Assembly: GCA_017994175.1 (NCBI GenBank)
Contig: JAGOLH010000001.1
Span: 58,394-122,393 of the forward strand
Reading direction: 5' to 3'
DNA: 64,000 bases
Source of the DNA: Bacteroidales bacterium
GTDB taxonomy: Bacteria > Bacteroidota > Bacteroidia > Bacteroidales > ML635J-15
How positions within the stretch are numbered: the stretch's first letter is position 1; each line of letters opens with the position of its first letter. This document shows positions 40,685-49,438 of this stretch, piece after piece. Below the pieces are notes generated by a model that saw only the letters and a program-made list of their open reading frames with translations, ran no database searches and was not told the DNA's origin. The position numbers and the translations under genes are program-made.

Positions 40685-41704
40685 TTACGCATTTTCGGAA
40701 GAAGTACTACCGGCGGGGATCTTATTGATCAAAGGCAGTGCTATAAGCGATATCAATCCGGCACCCAACAACATCAGTGTTTGCAGCCCGTGAACTACAA
40801 AAGCAAAAACAGCCGCATCCTCTTTAACAATCCCGAAAATCAGCAACGATTGGATTACCATAAAATGATAGGCTCCCATACCATTGGGAGCAGGGGCAAT
40901 CATACCAAAACTACCTGCTACAAAAACCATGAGGGCAGCCGAAGGACCAATGTGCGAGGTAAATCCAAATGCTGGAAAAGCAAACGCCATCATAAGGTAA
41001 TACAAAATCCAGATAAAAATACTGTGAAAAAGAAACCAGAATTTCTTTCTGACCTTACGCACACTTAAAAGCCCATCATATAGGTTTCGTGCTAAAGTTT
41101 TCAGCTTTAAAAAGAGCCTTATTTTGTCGAATTTGCCTTTGAGTATAAGAAAAAACAAAACAATAAAAAGGGCAACTGCTGCAATGGCAATAATTATTGG
41201 AAGAGGGTTTAACAAACTGTCAACTTTTTCACCAATCCCAGGATTTTGTTGAAGGAAGTCTGAAAAAAATCCACTCTCAACAAAAATTGCTATCACAACT
41301 ACCAGCAATAAGCTTAATACATCAATCACACGCTCTGTAATCATTGTACCCAGCACTTTCGAAATTGGCACCTTATCGTATTTGCTAACTACTCCACAGC
41401 GGGCAACTTCACCAAGCCTCGGAATGGCAAGATTCGCAAAATACCCTGTCATAACTGCAAAAAATGTGTTCCAGAAACGGGTTTTATAACCCAGAGGTTC
41501 AATCATCATATTCCAACGTATTGCACGGCTGACGTGGCTGAAAAGGCCTGCAACAACAATGGGTATGAACCACCAATAATTTACATTCTTCAGTCCTGCT
41601 ACCAAGTCGCTCCAGTTGGTATCGCGGTAAACAAGCCAGAAAAGCAATACGCCAAACCCCAGGAATAAAACAAATTGAATACTATTCTTTAGCGTTTTGT
41701 TCAT
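40685..41704 (-). CDS. Lysylphosphatidylglycerol synthase TM (UPF0104) family protein
   Basis: SRAIRW, GYFANLAIPRLGEVAR, TMITERVID, PAPNGMGAYH. Confidence 0.82.
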   Translation of the reverse strand: MNKTLKNSIQFVLFLGFGVLLFWLVYRDTNWSDLVAGLKNVNYWWFIPIVVAGLFSHVSRAIRWNMMIEPLGYKTRFWNTFFAVMTGYFANLAIPRLGEVARCGVVSKYDKVPISKVLGTMITERVIDVLSLLLVVVIAIFVESGFFSDFLQQNPGIGEKVDSLLNPLPIIIAIAAVALFIVLFFLILKGKFDKIRLFLKLKTLARNLYDGLLSVRKVRKKFWFLFHSIFIWILYYLMMAFAFPAFGFTSHIGPSAALMVFVAGSFGMIAPAPNGMGAYHFMVIQSLLIFGIVKEDAAVFAFVVHGLQTLMLLGAGLISLIALPLINKIPAGSTSSENA

Positions 41705-41725
41705 AACCTAATCGAATAAGAACGA

Positions 41726-41733
41726 CAAAGATA
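41726..41733 (-). promoter_or_regulatory. -7 promoter element for the leftward operon starting at 41704
   Basis: TATCTTTG on the minus strand. Confidence 0.6.
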
Positions 41734-41787
41734 ACTTTTTTAAAAAACCCGTCTTTACCATTTGTGTAAATTGCATAAAAGTATTCG

Positions 41788-41795
41788 TATTTTTG
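41788..41795 (+). promoter_or_regulatory. -7 promoter element for rsmA
   Basis: TATTTTTG ending 5 nt before the ATG at 41801. Confidence 0.55.
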
Positions 41796-41800
41796 CAGAT

Positions 41801-42574
41801 ATGATTACAGATATCAGAGCCAAAAAAAGACTTGGGCAGCATTTCCTTATCGATAAAAATATTGCAAGGAAAATTACCGACAGCTTACTGAACCGAGAAG
41901 CTTTACCAATTATTGAGGTTGGGGCCGGCACCGGGGTTCTGAGCGAATATCTTTCCGAAAAAAACGTGCCCGTAACTTTAATCGATATCGACCCGGAAGC
42001 AGTTGCAGTATTAAAGCAGAAATATAGCCATAAAGAAATAAAAATAATTCTTGGTGATTTCTTAAAACTCGATTTCAAGCAAAACTTCGAACCTAAAGTA
42101 TGCATCATAGGTAATTTCCCTTACAACATATCAAGTCAGATTTTTTTTAACCTCATTGCAAACCGTGATTCGATTGATGAAGTAGTGTGTATGGTTCAGA
42201 AAGAAGTAGCACAACGCATTGCAGCCAAGTCCGGTAGCAAAACGTATGGGATACTAAGCGTTCTCCTGCAAACCTGGTTTGATATTGAATACCTTTTTAC
42301 GGTAAACGAAACCGTTTTCGTCCCGCCTCCAAAAGTAAAATCGGCCGTCATCAGATTGCGAAGAAACAATACAATCCTGTTGGGCTGCGACGAGTCGGCG
42401 TTTATCAAAGTTGTGAAAGCTGCGTTTAATCAAAGGAGAAAGACTCTTCGGAATGCTTTAAAAACTCTGGGTAAAGATAGCCGTGAAATACCCGACGAAA
42501 TACTCGATAATCGTGCCGAGAAACTTGAAATCAGCCAGTTCGTTCTCATTACCGACATTCTATTTGCTTCTTGA
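41801..42574 (+). CDS. rsmA: 16S rRNA m6,2A1518/1519 dimethyltransferase
   Basis: KKRLGQHFL, EVGAGTG, GNFPYNISS, FVPPPKVKS, FNQRRKTLRN. Confidence 0.96.
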   Translation: MITDIRAKKRLGQHFLIDKNIARKITDSLLNREALPIIEVGAGTGVLSEYLSEKNVPVTLIDIDPEAVAVLKQKYSHKEIKIILGDFLKLDFKQNFEPKVCIIGNFPYNISSQIFFNLIANRDSIDEVVCMVQKEVAQRIAAKSGSKTYGILSVLLQTWFDIEYLFTVNETVFVPPPKVKSAVIRLRRNNTILLGCDESAFIKVVKAAFNQRRKTLRNALKTLGKDSREIPDEILDNRAEKLEISQFVLITDILFAS

Positions 42575-42597
42575 CGACTATTCTCATGAATTTTGAA

Positions 42598-43170
42598 ATG
42601 AGCAGAACAAAAACCATCATTAAAATAACATTCATTTTTTCAGCCTTGATATCGTGCGGAGGCATAACCCAACCAATGAAAGAGGTAACGGGACCTGAAT
42701 CAGTTTCTATTGAGCCAGCCGCTGATAAAACTGTTTTAGATAGCAGTTGCAACGACAATATCGTATATCTGAAATACTATAATGACCGCTTCAAATACAG
42801 CATAAATTATCCCGATTTTCTGACACCACTGGGAGAGCCGGACAACAACGATGGGCAGGCATTTCGATCCAATAGCGGTGAAATGGAATTACTGGTTTTT
42901 GGAAATAATCTGACAAAGGGAACATTTCAGGAAGGTTATGAGGACATAGTAAAAGTTGGATTTTACGCCGATCCGGAATATTTGATAAATTTTTCTCACT
43001 TCGAAGGCAATCGTTATGAAATAAGAGGCAAGAACCGGAAAGATAGCTTTTATCTTACATCTGCTTTCTACGGTAGTTTCTCAGTTACTGTTTTTATTAC
43101 GGTTCCTCATTCAAAAGAAGCCGAGCACGCTTCAATAATACGAAACATACAGCAATCGGTCAATTATTAA
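42598..43170 (+). CDS. Hypothetical lipoprotein
   Basis: Lipobox LISC; YYNDRFKYSINYP...DGQAF segment; ATG at 42598. Confidence 0.65.
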   Translation: MSRTKTIIKITFIFSALISCGGITQPMKEVTGPESVSIEPAADKTVLDSSCNDNIVYLKYYNDRFKYSINYPDFLTPLGEPDNNDGQAFRSNSGEMELLVFGNNLTKGTFQEGYEDIVKVGFYADPEYLINFSHFEGNRYEIRGKNRKDSFYLTSAFYGSFSVTVFITVPHSKEAEHASIIRNIQQSVNY

Positions 43171-43194
43171 GTGTAAACAGTATTCCAATGATTC

Positions 43195-44055
43195 CTACAA
43201 TGAAATGTATTGATACACCAAATGGTCATCGCTACAATCAAGCCTCAGGTATGATGCATTTTTGGCTCCGTCAAGAGCTGCATCAAGGCAGATATAGCGA
43301 GTCGGGCCAAAATTTTCCTCGGAACTGATGTGAACATGACCCATAATTACCATATCGACCGAATAGGTAAAGAAAAGATTCATTAATTCGTATAGTTCTT
43401 CTGATAAAGGTGTTGCTGAAGTACTGAAATCACTTTGGAAAAAATTACAGTGATGTAAAACAATGCAATGCCGGTAATTCTGGCGTACATTTCGAAGTAA
43501 TTCTTCGAGCCATTCCAGCTGTAAAGGACCTAGGGTACCACCTCCTGAGTCAAGGCATATTACAAGGTCTTTTGCCAAAGGAGTGACTATTTCCACAGGG
43601 TATACCGATGTACCGAAATATTGCCGGAACCATTTCCAGCCGTTAAAATACAATTCATGATTTCCAACCTGTATAAAATAATTCTCAATACTTTCGCGGG
43701 CAAGCGACTCTACAAGTATATTATAGTCTTCTTCCTTACCTGAAACAATATCACCGACAAGAAATAATCCATCCGTTTCAGCGCTTTTACTGTCATTTAA
43801 TATCTTCTGAAAGTTTTCAGTGCCTCCAATATGGATGTCAGAAGCAAAAAATAACCTATAGTTATTGTTCTCACAGACAATGCGGCGCGGCGCGTGCTGC
43901 GTATTCCATTCAAGCGACTGCTCAAACCGTTCATTAACACGTACTGAGCTACGAAAAAATCCCGTAAAATCGGCATCGCCAATACATGATGACATTAGCA
44001 ATGCACCAGTAAAAAAAACTGCGAACAATCCAATTTTCAAAAATCGATTTCCCAT
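43195..44055 (-). CDS. Calcineurin-like metallophosphoesterase, lipoprotein
   Basis: Lipobox MSSC; DIH, GD, GNHE, HH, GHVH metal ligands. Confidence 0.88.
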   Translation of the reverse strand: MGNRFLKIGLFAVFFTGALLMSSCIGDADFTGFFRSSVRVNERFEQSLEWNTQHAPRRIVCENNNYRLFFASDIHIGGTENFQKILNDSKSAETDGLFLVGDIVSGKEEDYNILVESLARESIENYFIQVGNHELYFNGWKWFRQYFGTSVYPVEIVTPLAKDLVICLDSGGGTLGPLQLEWLEELLRNVRQNYRHCIVLHHCNFFQSDFSTSATPLSEELYELMNLFFTYSVDMVIMGHVHISSEENFGPTRYICLDAALDGAKNASYLRLDCSDDHLVYQYISL

Positions 44056-44771
44056 AGTATTCCCGTTAAGAGATTTACACCAAAATAGTTCACCTGAATG
44101 TTATTAAATCCGGCACTTTTATACACGATCTCGCTATACAAACCTATATTTTCTCGTGGATTATAGGTAAACCTTACACTTACAAATGGGTTTGTCTCCT
44201 GATGAATGAGGAAATAATCGTAATTCAGTACCGAAGCAATGATATTCCATTTATTTTCCTGAGGGAAAACAAGATAGCTAAGCGAATACATCAAGTTTAG
44301 CTTTTCAACAATTTGCAGCTTTCGGTAATTATCGTTCCTGGATTGCTCAATTGCATTACGCGTAAGGTTAAATAAACGGGTGTTGTTTCCAAGAAATACG
44401 TGGACATGTTTTGTTTTAACGCCGGCAATTATGCCGAACTGCAATTCGCTGATAAATTCCGATACAAGTTTATCTGTAAACAATGCATGTATTTCAACAG
44501 GCAGGTTTTTTATTTTGAAATCGACCCCTGCACTTGCATAGAATGTACTCAGGAATTTGTCGAACTCGGTAAGTGGGAATAGAAAACCCAACTCAGCATG
44601 AATATGTTTATACCGAATTGCAGATAATGATGCAGCATCCAAATATATCCCACCTGAAGCATTGGTTTTCCCGACTTCAATATAATTATGCTGGATAAAC
44701 TGGGCACTGCTGTTGCTGCACCACAGCATCAGCGATATTAATACACCAACAATCAGCACTATTTTTCTCAT
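44037..44771 (-). CDS. Hypothetical exported protein, probable outer-membrane beta-barrel
   Basis: Signal peptide, alternating amphipathic strands, C-terminal aromatic (WEIDF). Confidence 0.55.
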   Translation of the reverse strand: MRKIVLIVGVLISLMLWCSNSSAQFIQHNYIEVGKTNASGGIYLDAASLSAIRYKHIHAELGFLFPLTEFDKFLSTFYASAGVDFKIKNLPVEIHALFTDKLVSEFISELQFGIIAGVKTKHVHVFLGNNTRLFNLTRNAIEQSRNDNYRKLQIVEKLNLMYSLSYLVFPQENKWNIIASVLNYDYFLIHQETNPFVSVRFTYNPRENIGLYSEIVYKSAGFNNIQVNYFGVNLLTGILWEIDF

Positions 44772-44792
44772 TTTAAAAACATTAATAATATT

Positions 44793-45755
44793 TTACCTGA
44801 CAACAATCAGGTAAGCCATTGCCAGCAAATAAATTCCAATTATTACAAACAAGCTGATCCTGTCGACACGCTGTGATTGCCTAATTGATTTTTCTGTACC
44901 TTTCTCAAATAGTTTTAATGAAAAGATAGACACTAGAATAATCAGTAATATCAGCACATATGTAAGATTGTGAATGTTGTCGAGCATGGTTATTGTGTTG
45001 GTACTGGGTACCGTACCCTCGATTATATATTTATTCCCAACAGCTGCGAATAAACCACCAACACAGAGACCAAAACGAGGGTCAACATTCGTGGGTTTGA
45101 TAAGAAAAACGAGGCACGAAATAAAGAAAGCCACCACTACCCCTGTAATCAGTTTAAACAGTGAAAGCCATGAGTTTTTTCTGTTCAAATACACGGCAAT
45201 ATTTATTGCAGGGTAAGAACTCTGTCCGGTAAGCTCCTGATCGCCATAGGTAGTTTCGTAAGTCGAAATGGCATTGTTCACTATCACAGTGTCAATATCC
45301 CATTCGTCGAGTTTAAAATTCGGGTCGATTTTACTGTTTTCGAAATCGGGTATAAACACCATACTGCTGGTATCGGCATCAGCCGACTCAATTACTACGT
45401 TCAGCATCTGATTATCGAATGGATAATGGTCGAGCTGCCAATGATAAACAATTTCTGCACGAACTTTCATGCTTAACCACTGTAAACCTGCAGTTGAGTC
45501 AAGTATTGTATTACTCAGGTCGAATTCCTTCGATGGGCGGATTTCAATAGCTTCATCGAAACTCAGTTCAGCATTACTATATAGAAGCCACAGCCAGAAA
45601 TCGATTTTGTAGCTTTTGTCGTAGAAATTGAAATCGTGCAGCGAATTAATAAAAACTCCAACCTTTACGGTGTCTTTTTGTGCATAGAGCCTACCCGGAG
45701 AAAAGCAAATCAGGATCCCAGCAAGAATCGCAATATAAAGGGGAGCTTTTGCCAT
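44793..45755 (-). CDS. Prokaryotic pentameric ligand-gated ion channel subunit (GLIC/ELIC superfamily)
   Basis: Signal peptide; beta1-2 VKVGVFINSLHDF...YKIDFWLW; Pro-loop HYPFDNQ; pre-M1 Arg; four TM helices with M2 PRFGLCVGGLFAAVGNKYIIEGTVP ending in the conserved 23' Pro. Confidence 0.88.
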   Translation of the reverse strand: MAKAPLYIAILAGILICFSPGRLYAQKDTVKVGVFINSLHDFNFYDKSYKIDFWLWLLYSNAELSFDEAIEIRPSKEFDLSNTILDSTAGLQWLSMKVRAEIVYHWQLDHYPFDNQMLNVVIESADADTSSMVFIPDFENSKIDPNFKLDEWDIDTVIVNNAISTYETTYGDQELTGQSSYPAINIAVYLNRKNSWLSLFKLITGVVVAFFISCLVFLIKPTNVDPRFGLCVGGLFAAVGNKYIIEGTVPSTNTITMLDNIHNLTYVLILLIILVSIFSLKLFEKGTEKSIRQSQRVDRISLFVIIGIYLLAMAYLIVVR

Positions 45756-46729
45756 ACACCAGTCTTTTTCAGTTTATATAATAAGAACCCGACAATAAAC
45801 GTAAAAATGTAAAACACAATAAAAGTAATGAATAAATGCTCACCAAACAACAGGTGAAGCTTTTCGATAAAGAACCTAATGATTATCAGGTGAAGCACGT
45901 AAAAAAACAAGCTGCTTCTTCCAAGCCACCTCAGTGGCTCCCATATTCTTGTATTGAATATTTTATAAATTATTGCGAAAATAACCAGAAGTGAAACTGC
46001 AGTCAGGCAATAAAAAACATCGGCAGGATAAAACAATTCGCAATAGCCTTCACGGGTGGGGCGATTCTGAAGAAATAATAAAAACACGGCAAATAATAAC
46101 ACCGCAATTGAAATAATCAAAACATATAATTTTTGTTTACGCTTCAATAGAATTGTGTATTTCCCGGCAAAATGACCCAATAAGAAGATACCTGCCCACG
46201 GAAAAATTGGAAACCATCCGTCGAATAACAGAAACTTCGACTGGTGAAATACTATGCCAAGGTTATTCCAATCGAATTGAAATGCGGTATTACGAATCTG
46301 GTAATTAAAAACAAATTGCGAAATAAATGAAACAACAAATACAGCTACAATCCATGCAATGTTTTGCACTCTATTCATCAATGATATCAATGGATACAGC
46401 ATAACACAAATACCGATAAGATACAAAACATCGTACGAAACAAAGGGCATCAGATCCCAGATAAAGACATCAACCAGCACACCGGTAAGTACTATTAATC
46501 CGCCTTTGTAAACAGTTCTCCAGGTCTTAAGGTTCGTGCTATGCAGACCAAGCATATATCCCGACAAGGCTATGAACAATGGAGCTGCCAAAGAGCTGAA
46601 AACCCTAAAGGCAAAATTATAGGGTTCGTTCATAATATACGGAGCAGAATTCGCTGCAATCATCAAAAAAATTGCAATTCCCCTGATAACATCAATATAT
46701 TCTATCCGGTTCTTGATAATTGCACTCAT
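45710..46729 (-). CDS. DUF1624 / heparan-alpha-glucosaminide N-acetyltransferase-like membrane protein
   Basis: RIEYIDVIRGIAIFLMI, APLFIALSG, VLYLIG, FPIFPW, LGRSSLFFYVLH. Confidence 0.8.
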   Translation of the reverse strand: MSAIIKNRIEYIDVIRGIAIFLMIAANSAPYIMNEPYNFAFRVFSSLAAPLFIALSGYMLGLHSTNLKTWRTVYKGGLIVLTGVLVDVFIWDLMPFVSYDVLYLIGICVMLYPLISLMNRVQNIAWIVAVFVVSFISQFVFNYQIRNTAFQFDWNNLGIVFHQSKFLLFDGWFPIFPWAGIFLLGHFAGKYTILLKRKQKLYVLIISIAVLLFAVFLLFLQNRPTREGYCELFYPADVFYCLTAVSLLVIFAIIYKIFNTRIWEPLRWLGRSSLFFYVLHLIIIRFFIEKLHLLFGEHLFITFIVFYIFTFIVGFLLYKLKKTGVWQKLPFILRFLLGS

Positions 46730-46812
46730 GTTTGTATTTATGAAATCAAAAATACTATTTTTATTGTTTGTTTTTCAGTTCTGCAAAAAGTGCAGGTAAA
46801 CATTGGGTTAAC

Positions 46813-47604
46813 ATGAGAAAGCTTCTGCTAAACAATAAGTTCATTTTCGGGCTGATTGCCTTGAATGCTGTGGTAATTTTCGCTTTATCGTACGATGCAA
46901 TTCACGAAAAAGCGGCTATATTTCTAACAGCTACAGATATTTTGCTAACGCTGATATTTGTTGCCGAAATACTTGTCAAAATAAGGGAATTCGGTATTAA
47001 TAAATTTTTTAAGTCCACCTGGAATGTTTTCGATTTTCTAATAATTAGCATCTCGTTCATTTCTGTTTTCTTTTATTTTATTGACATAGAAGCAGCCGAT
47101 TTAAGTTATGTTATTGTTATACGGGTTGCGCGGGTATTTAAAACCTTTCTTTTCATCAGATTCATTCCCAATATCAATGGTTTGTTGGGTGGTATAAGAA
47201 GAGCGTTCCGCGCATCGCTGCTGGTGTTGATTTCGCTTTTTGTGTATAATTTCATACTTGGAATATTCTCATGCCATATTTACAAGAACATTCTACCGGA
47301 GTGTTTTGGTGACCCTATTACATCAATTTATTCAATTTTCAGAATTTTTACCATTGAAGGATGGTACGAAATTCCAAATGCTATTGCTGCCAATACCAGC
47401 CCAGCAATCGGAGTGATATCAACAATATTTTTTGTTGGAATATTAATATCGGGCGGAGTACTTGGTATTTCGCTCCTGAATTCGATATTTGTTGACGCTA
47501 TGGTTGCTGACAATACTAAAGAACTGGAAGCTAAGGTCGATGAACTGAACCAAAAAATTTCGAAACTTAGTGACCAGATAGAAAAATTATCGCAAAAAAT
47601 TTAA
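46813..47604 (+). CDS. 6TM voltage-gated cation channel (BacNav/Cav-like ion transporter)
   Basis: S2 FVAEILVK, S3 WNVFDF, S4 RVARVFK, filter FTIEGWYE, S6 LNSIFVDAM, C-terminal coiled coil; ATG at 46813. Confidence 0.9.
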   Translation: MRKLLLNNKFIFGLIALNAVVIFALSYDAIHEKAAIFLTATDILLTLIFVAEILVKIREFGINKFFKSTWNVFDFLIISISFISVFFYFIDIEAADLSYVIVIRVARVFKTFLFIRFIPNINGLLGGIRRAFRASLLVLISLFVYNFILGIFSCHIYKNILPECFGDPITSIYSIFRIFTIEGWYEIPNAIAANTSPAIGVISTIFFVGILISGGVLGISLLNSIFVDAMVADNTKELEAKVDELNQKISKLSDQIEKLSQKI

Positions 47605-47607
47605 CTG

Positions 47608-48069
47608 CTACAAGGGTATACTCCGATCGAGCAACTGCTCAATGCTTATCATTGTATCGGTATTCGAAACTCCTGTAATATTGTGAATCTTCACGAGTAC
47701 ATCCTGGAGGTGCTTATTGTCGCGGCAATATGCCTTGGCTAAAATACCGTACTGTCCCGTGGTGAAATGAAGCTCAACAACTTCAGGGATCTCTCTCATT
47801 TTTTCGGTAACCCCTGCAAACATATTGGCTCTTTCGAGAATAATTCCTATAAAAGCCTGTGTTTTAAAATCAAGTATCTGAGGGTTTACAACAAGCCTGT
47901 AGCCCCCGATTACCCCAACTTCTTCCAGCTTATTAATACGTTTATGAATTGCTGCAGCCGAAATTTTGCATTTTTTAGCAATATCAACCACAGGTGTTTT
48001 GGAGTTTTTTATCAGGAGTTCGAGGATTCTTTTATCCATCGCATCCAATCTAATTTTATCCATAACCAA
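47608..48069 (-). CDS. Lrp/AsnC family transcriptional regulator
   Basis: LDAMDKRILELL HTH, HFTTGQY, TDTMIS. Confidence 0.92.
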   Translation of the reverse strand: MVMDKIRLDAMDKRILELLIKNSKTPVVDIAKKCKISAAAIHKRINKLEEVGVIGGYRLVVNPQILDFKTQAFIGIILERANMFAGVTEKMREIPEVVELHFTTGQYGILAKAYCRDNKHLQDVLVKIHNITGVSNTDTMISIEQLLDRSIPL

Positions 48070-48370
48070 AATTTAATTATCTTTATTAACTATATTTAAC
48101 ACAAAAATACATTTTATTTACCAATATTCCAATTTTTTACAAATAAATAAATCAATCATTTAATTACTTAACAACACACCGTTGATTTAACAACGGTTCT
48201 AGAAATTGTTCATTTTAACATGAAATATAATGGCAATTTTATGTGATATTTTTCAATTTAAAGATTTTAGTATTAATTTTAGTTTTGTAATCAATTGCAT
48301 TTCGTCCGGAAAAGATTGCCAACAAAATTAGACACATGTAAAAAACTGGTGAATAAAAGTTATTGATAAA

Positions 48371-49432
48371 ATGAGTCGTTTTAATGATTACTTTAATTTT
48401 TCGCGGCGCGAAAAGCGTGGGCTCATAGTACTCTGTGCAATTATAATATTGCTGATTTCATCGCAGGCAATTATGCATCGCATATCATTTAATAAAAGAT
48501 ATGATTTTTCGGCTTTTGAATCGGAAATCGATGCGTTTACGCGACGCAATCAAAACTCACCGAATGATTCGGCTTTAGAATTATTCTATTTCAACCCCAA
48601 TACTATTGATGAAAACGGGTTAATTAAACTGGGAATTAATAAAAACACAGCTCACAATATTATCAACTACCGTAACAAAGGCGGGAAATTTCGAAAACCT
48701 GCCGATTTTGCCAGAATGTACGGGCTGGGACCCGAACAATTTGAAAAACTTGAGCCTTATCTGGTATTTGAAAACAGTGTTCAATCAAGCAGAGAACAAG
48801 CTCCGCAGGTAAACTATTTTTATTTTGACCCAAATACGGCAAGCGAAGAAGAGCTAATGTCGCTTGGTATAAAAAAATATATGGCTGCAAATATTGTAAA
48901 ATACAGAAGCAAAGGAGGCCGGTTTAAAGAACCATCTGATCTTCTTTCAATCTATAGTTTCGATTCGGCATGTTACAATAATCTGGAACCCTGGATAAAA
49001 ATTGAAGCCAACCAAAACAAACCGATTGAGAATCTGCACATTGAGCTTAACACAGCTACTGCGGAAGACCTGATTAAAATCAAAGGTATCGGGAATGCCT
49101 ATGCAAGCCGCATTATCAGTTTTAGGGAAAAACTGGGAGGTTTCGCACATGTAGAACAACTCAGAGAAGTATATGGCATGACTGAGGAGCTATTTACTTC
49201 GGTAAAACCTCATGTGTATGCGGATGCATCAAAAATCGATTGTATCAATCTCAATGATTGTGACTTTAAAACACTGATTTCACACCCATACCTAGAGAAA
49301 ACTGATGTAATTGCCATTCTGAACTACCGTACAATGGTGGTTAGAATTAACTCTACGGAAGAGCTTTTAAAACAAAAAGTAATAAGCAGCGAAACCTACA
49401 CTCGGATTAAAGATTATTTTTGTACAAACTAA
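48371..49432 (+). CDS. Helix-hairpin-helix (ComEA-like) DNA-binding membrane protein
   Basis: N-terminal TM; three to four FNPNT/LNTA...LGI...I..YR.K.G.F modules. Confidence 0.85.
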   Translation: MSRFNDYFNFSRREKRGLIVLCAIIILLISSQAIMHRISFNKRYDFSAFESEIDAFTRRNQNSPNDSALELFYFNPNTIDENGLIKLGINKNTAHNIINYRNKGGKFRKPADFARMYGLGPEQFEKLEPYLVFENSVQSSREQAPQVNYFYFDPNTASEEELMSLGIKKYMAANIVKYRSKGGRFKEPSDLLSIYSFDSACYNNLEPWIKIEANQNKPIENLHIELNTATAEDLIKIKGIGNAYASRIISFREKLGGFAHVEQLREVYGMTEELFTSVKPHVYADASKIDCINLNDCDFKTLISHPYLEKTDVIAILNYRTMVVRINSTEELLKQKVISSETYTRIKDYFCTN

Positions 49433-49438
49433 TTCCAA

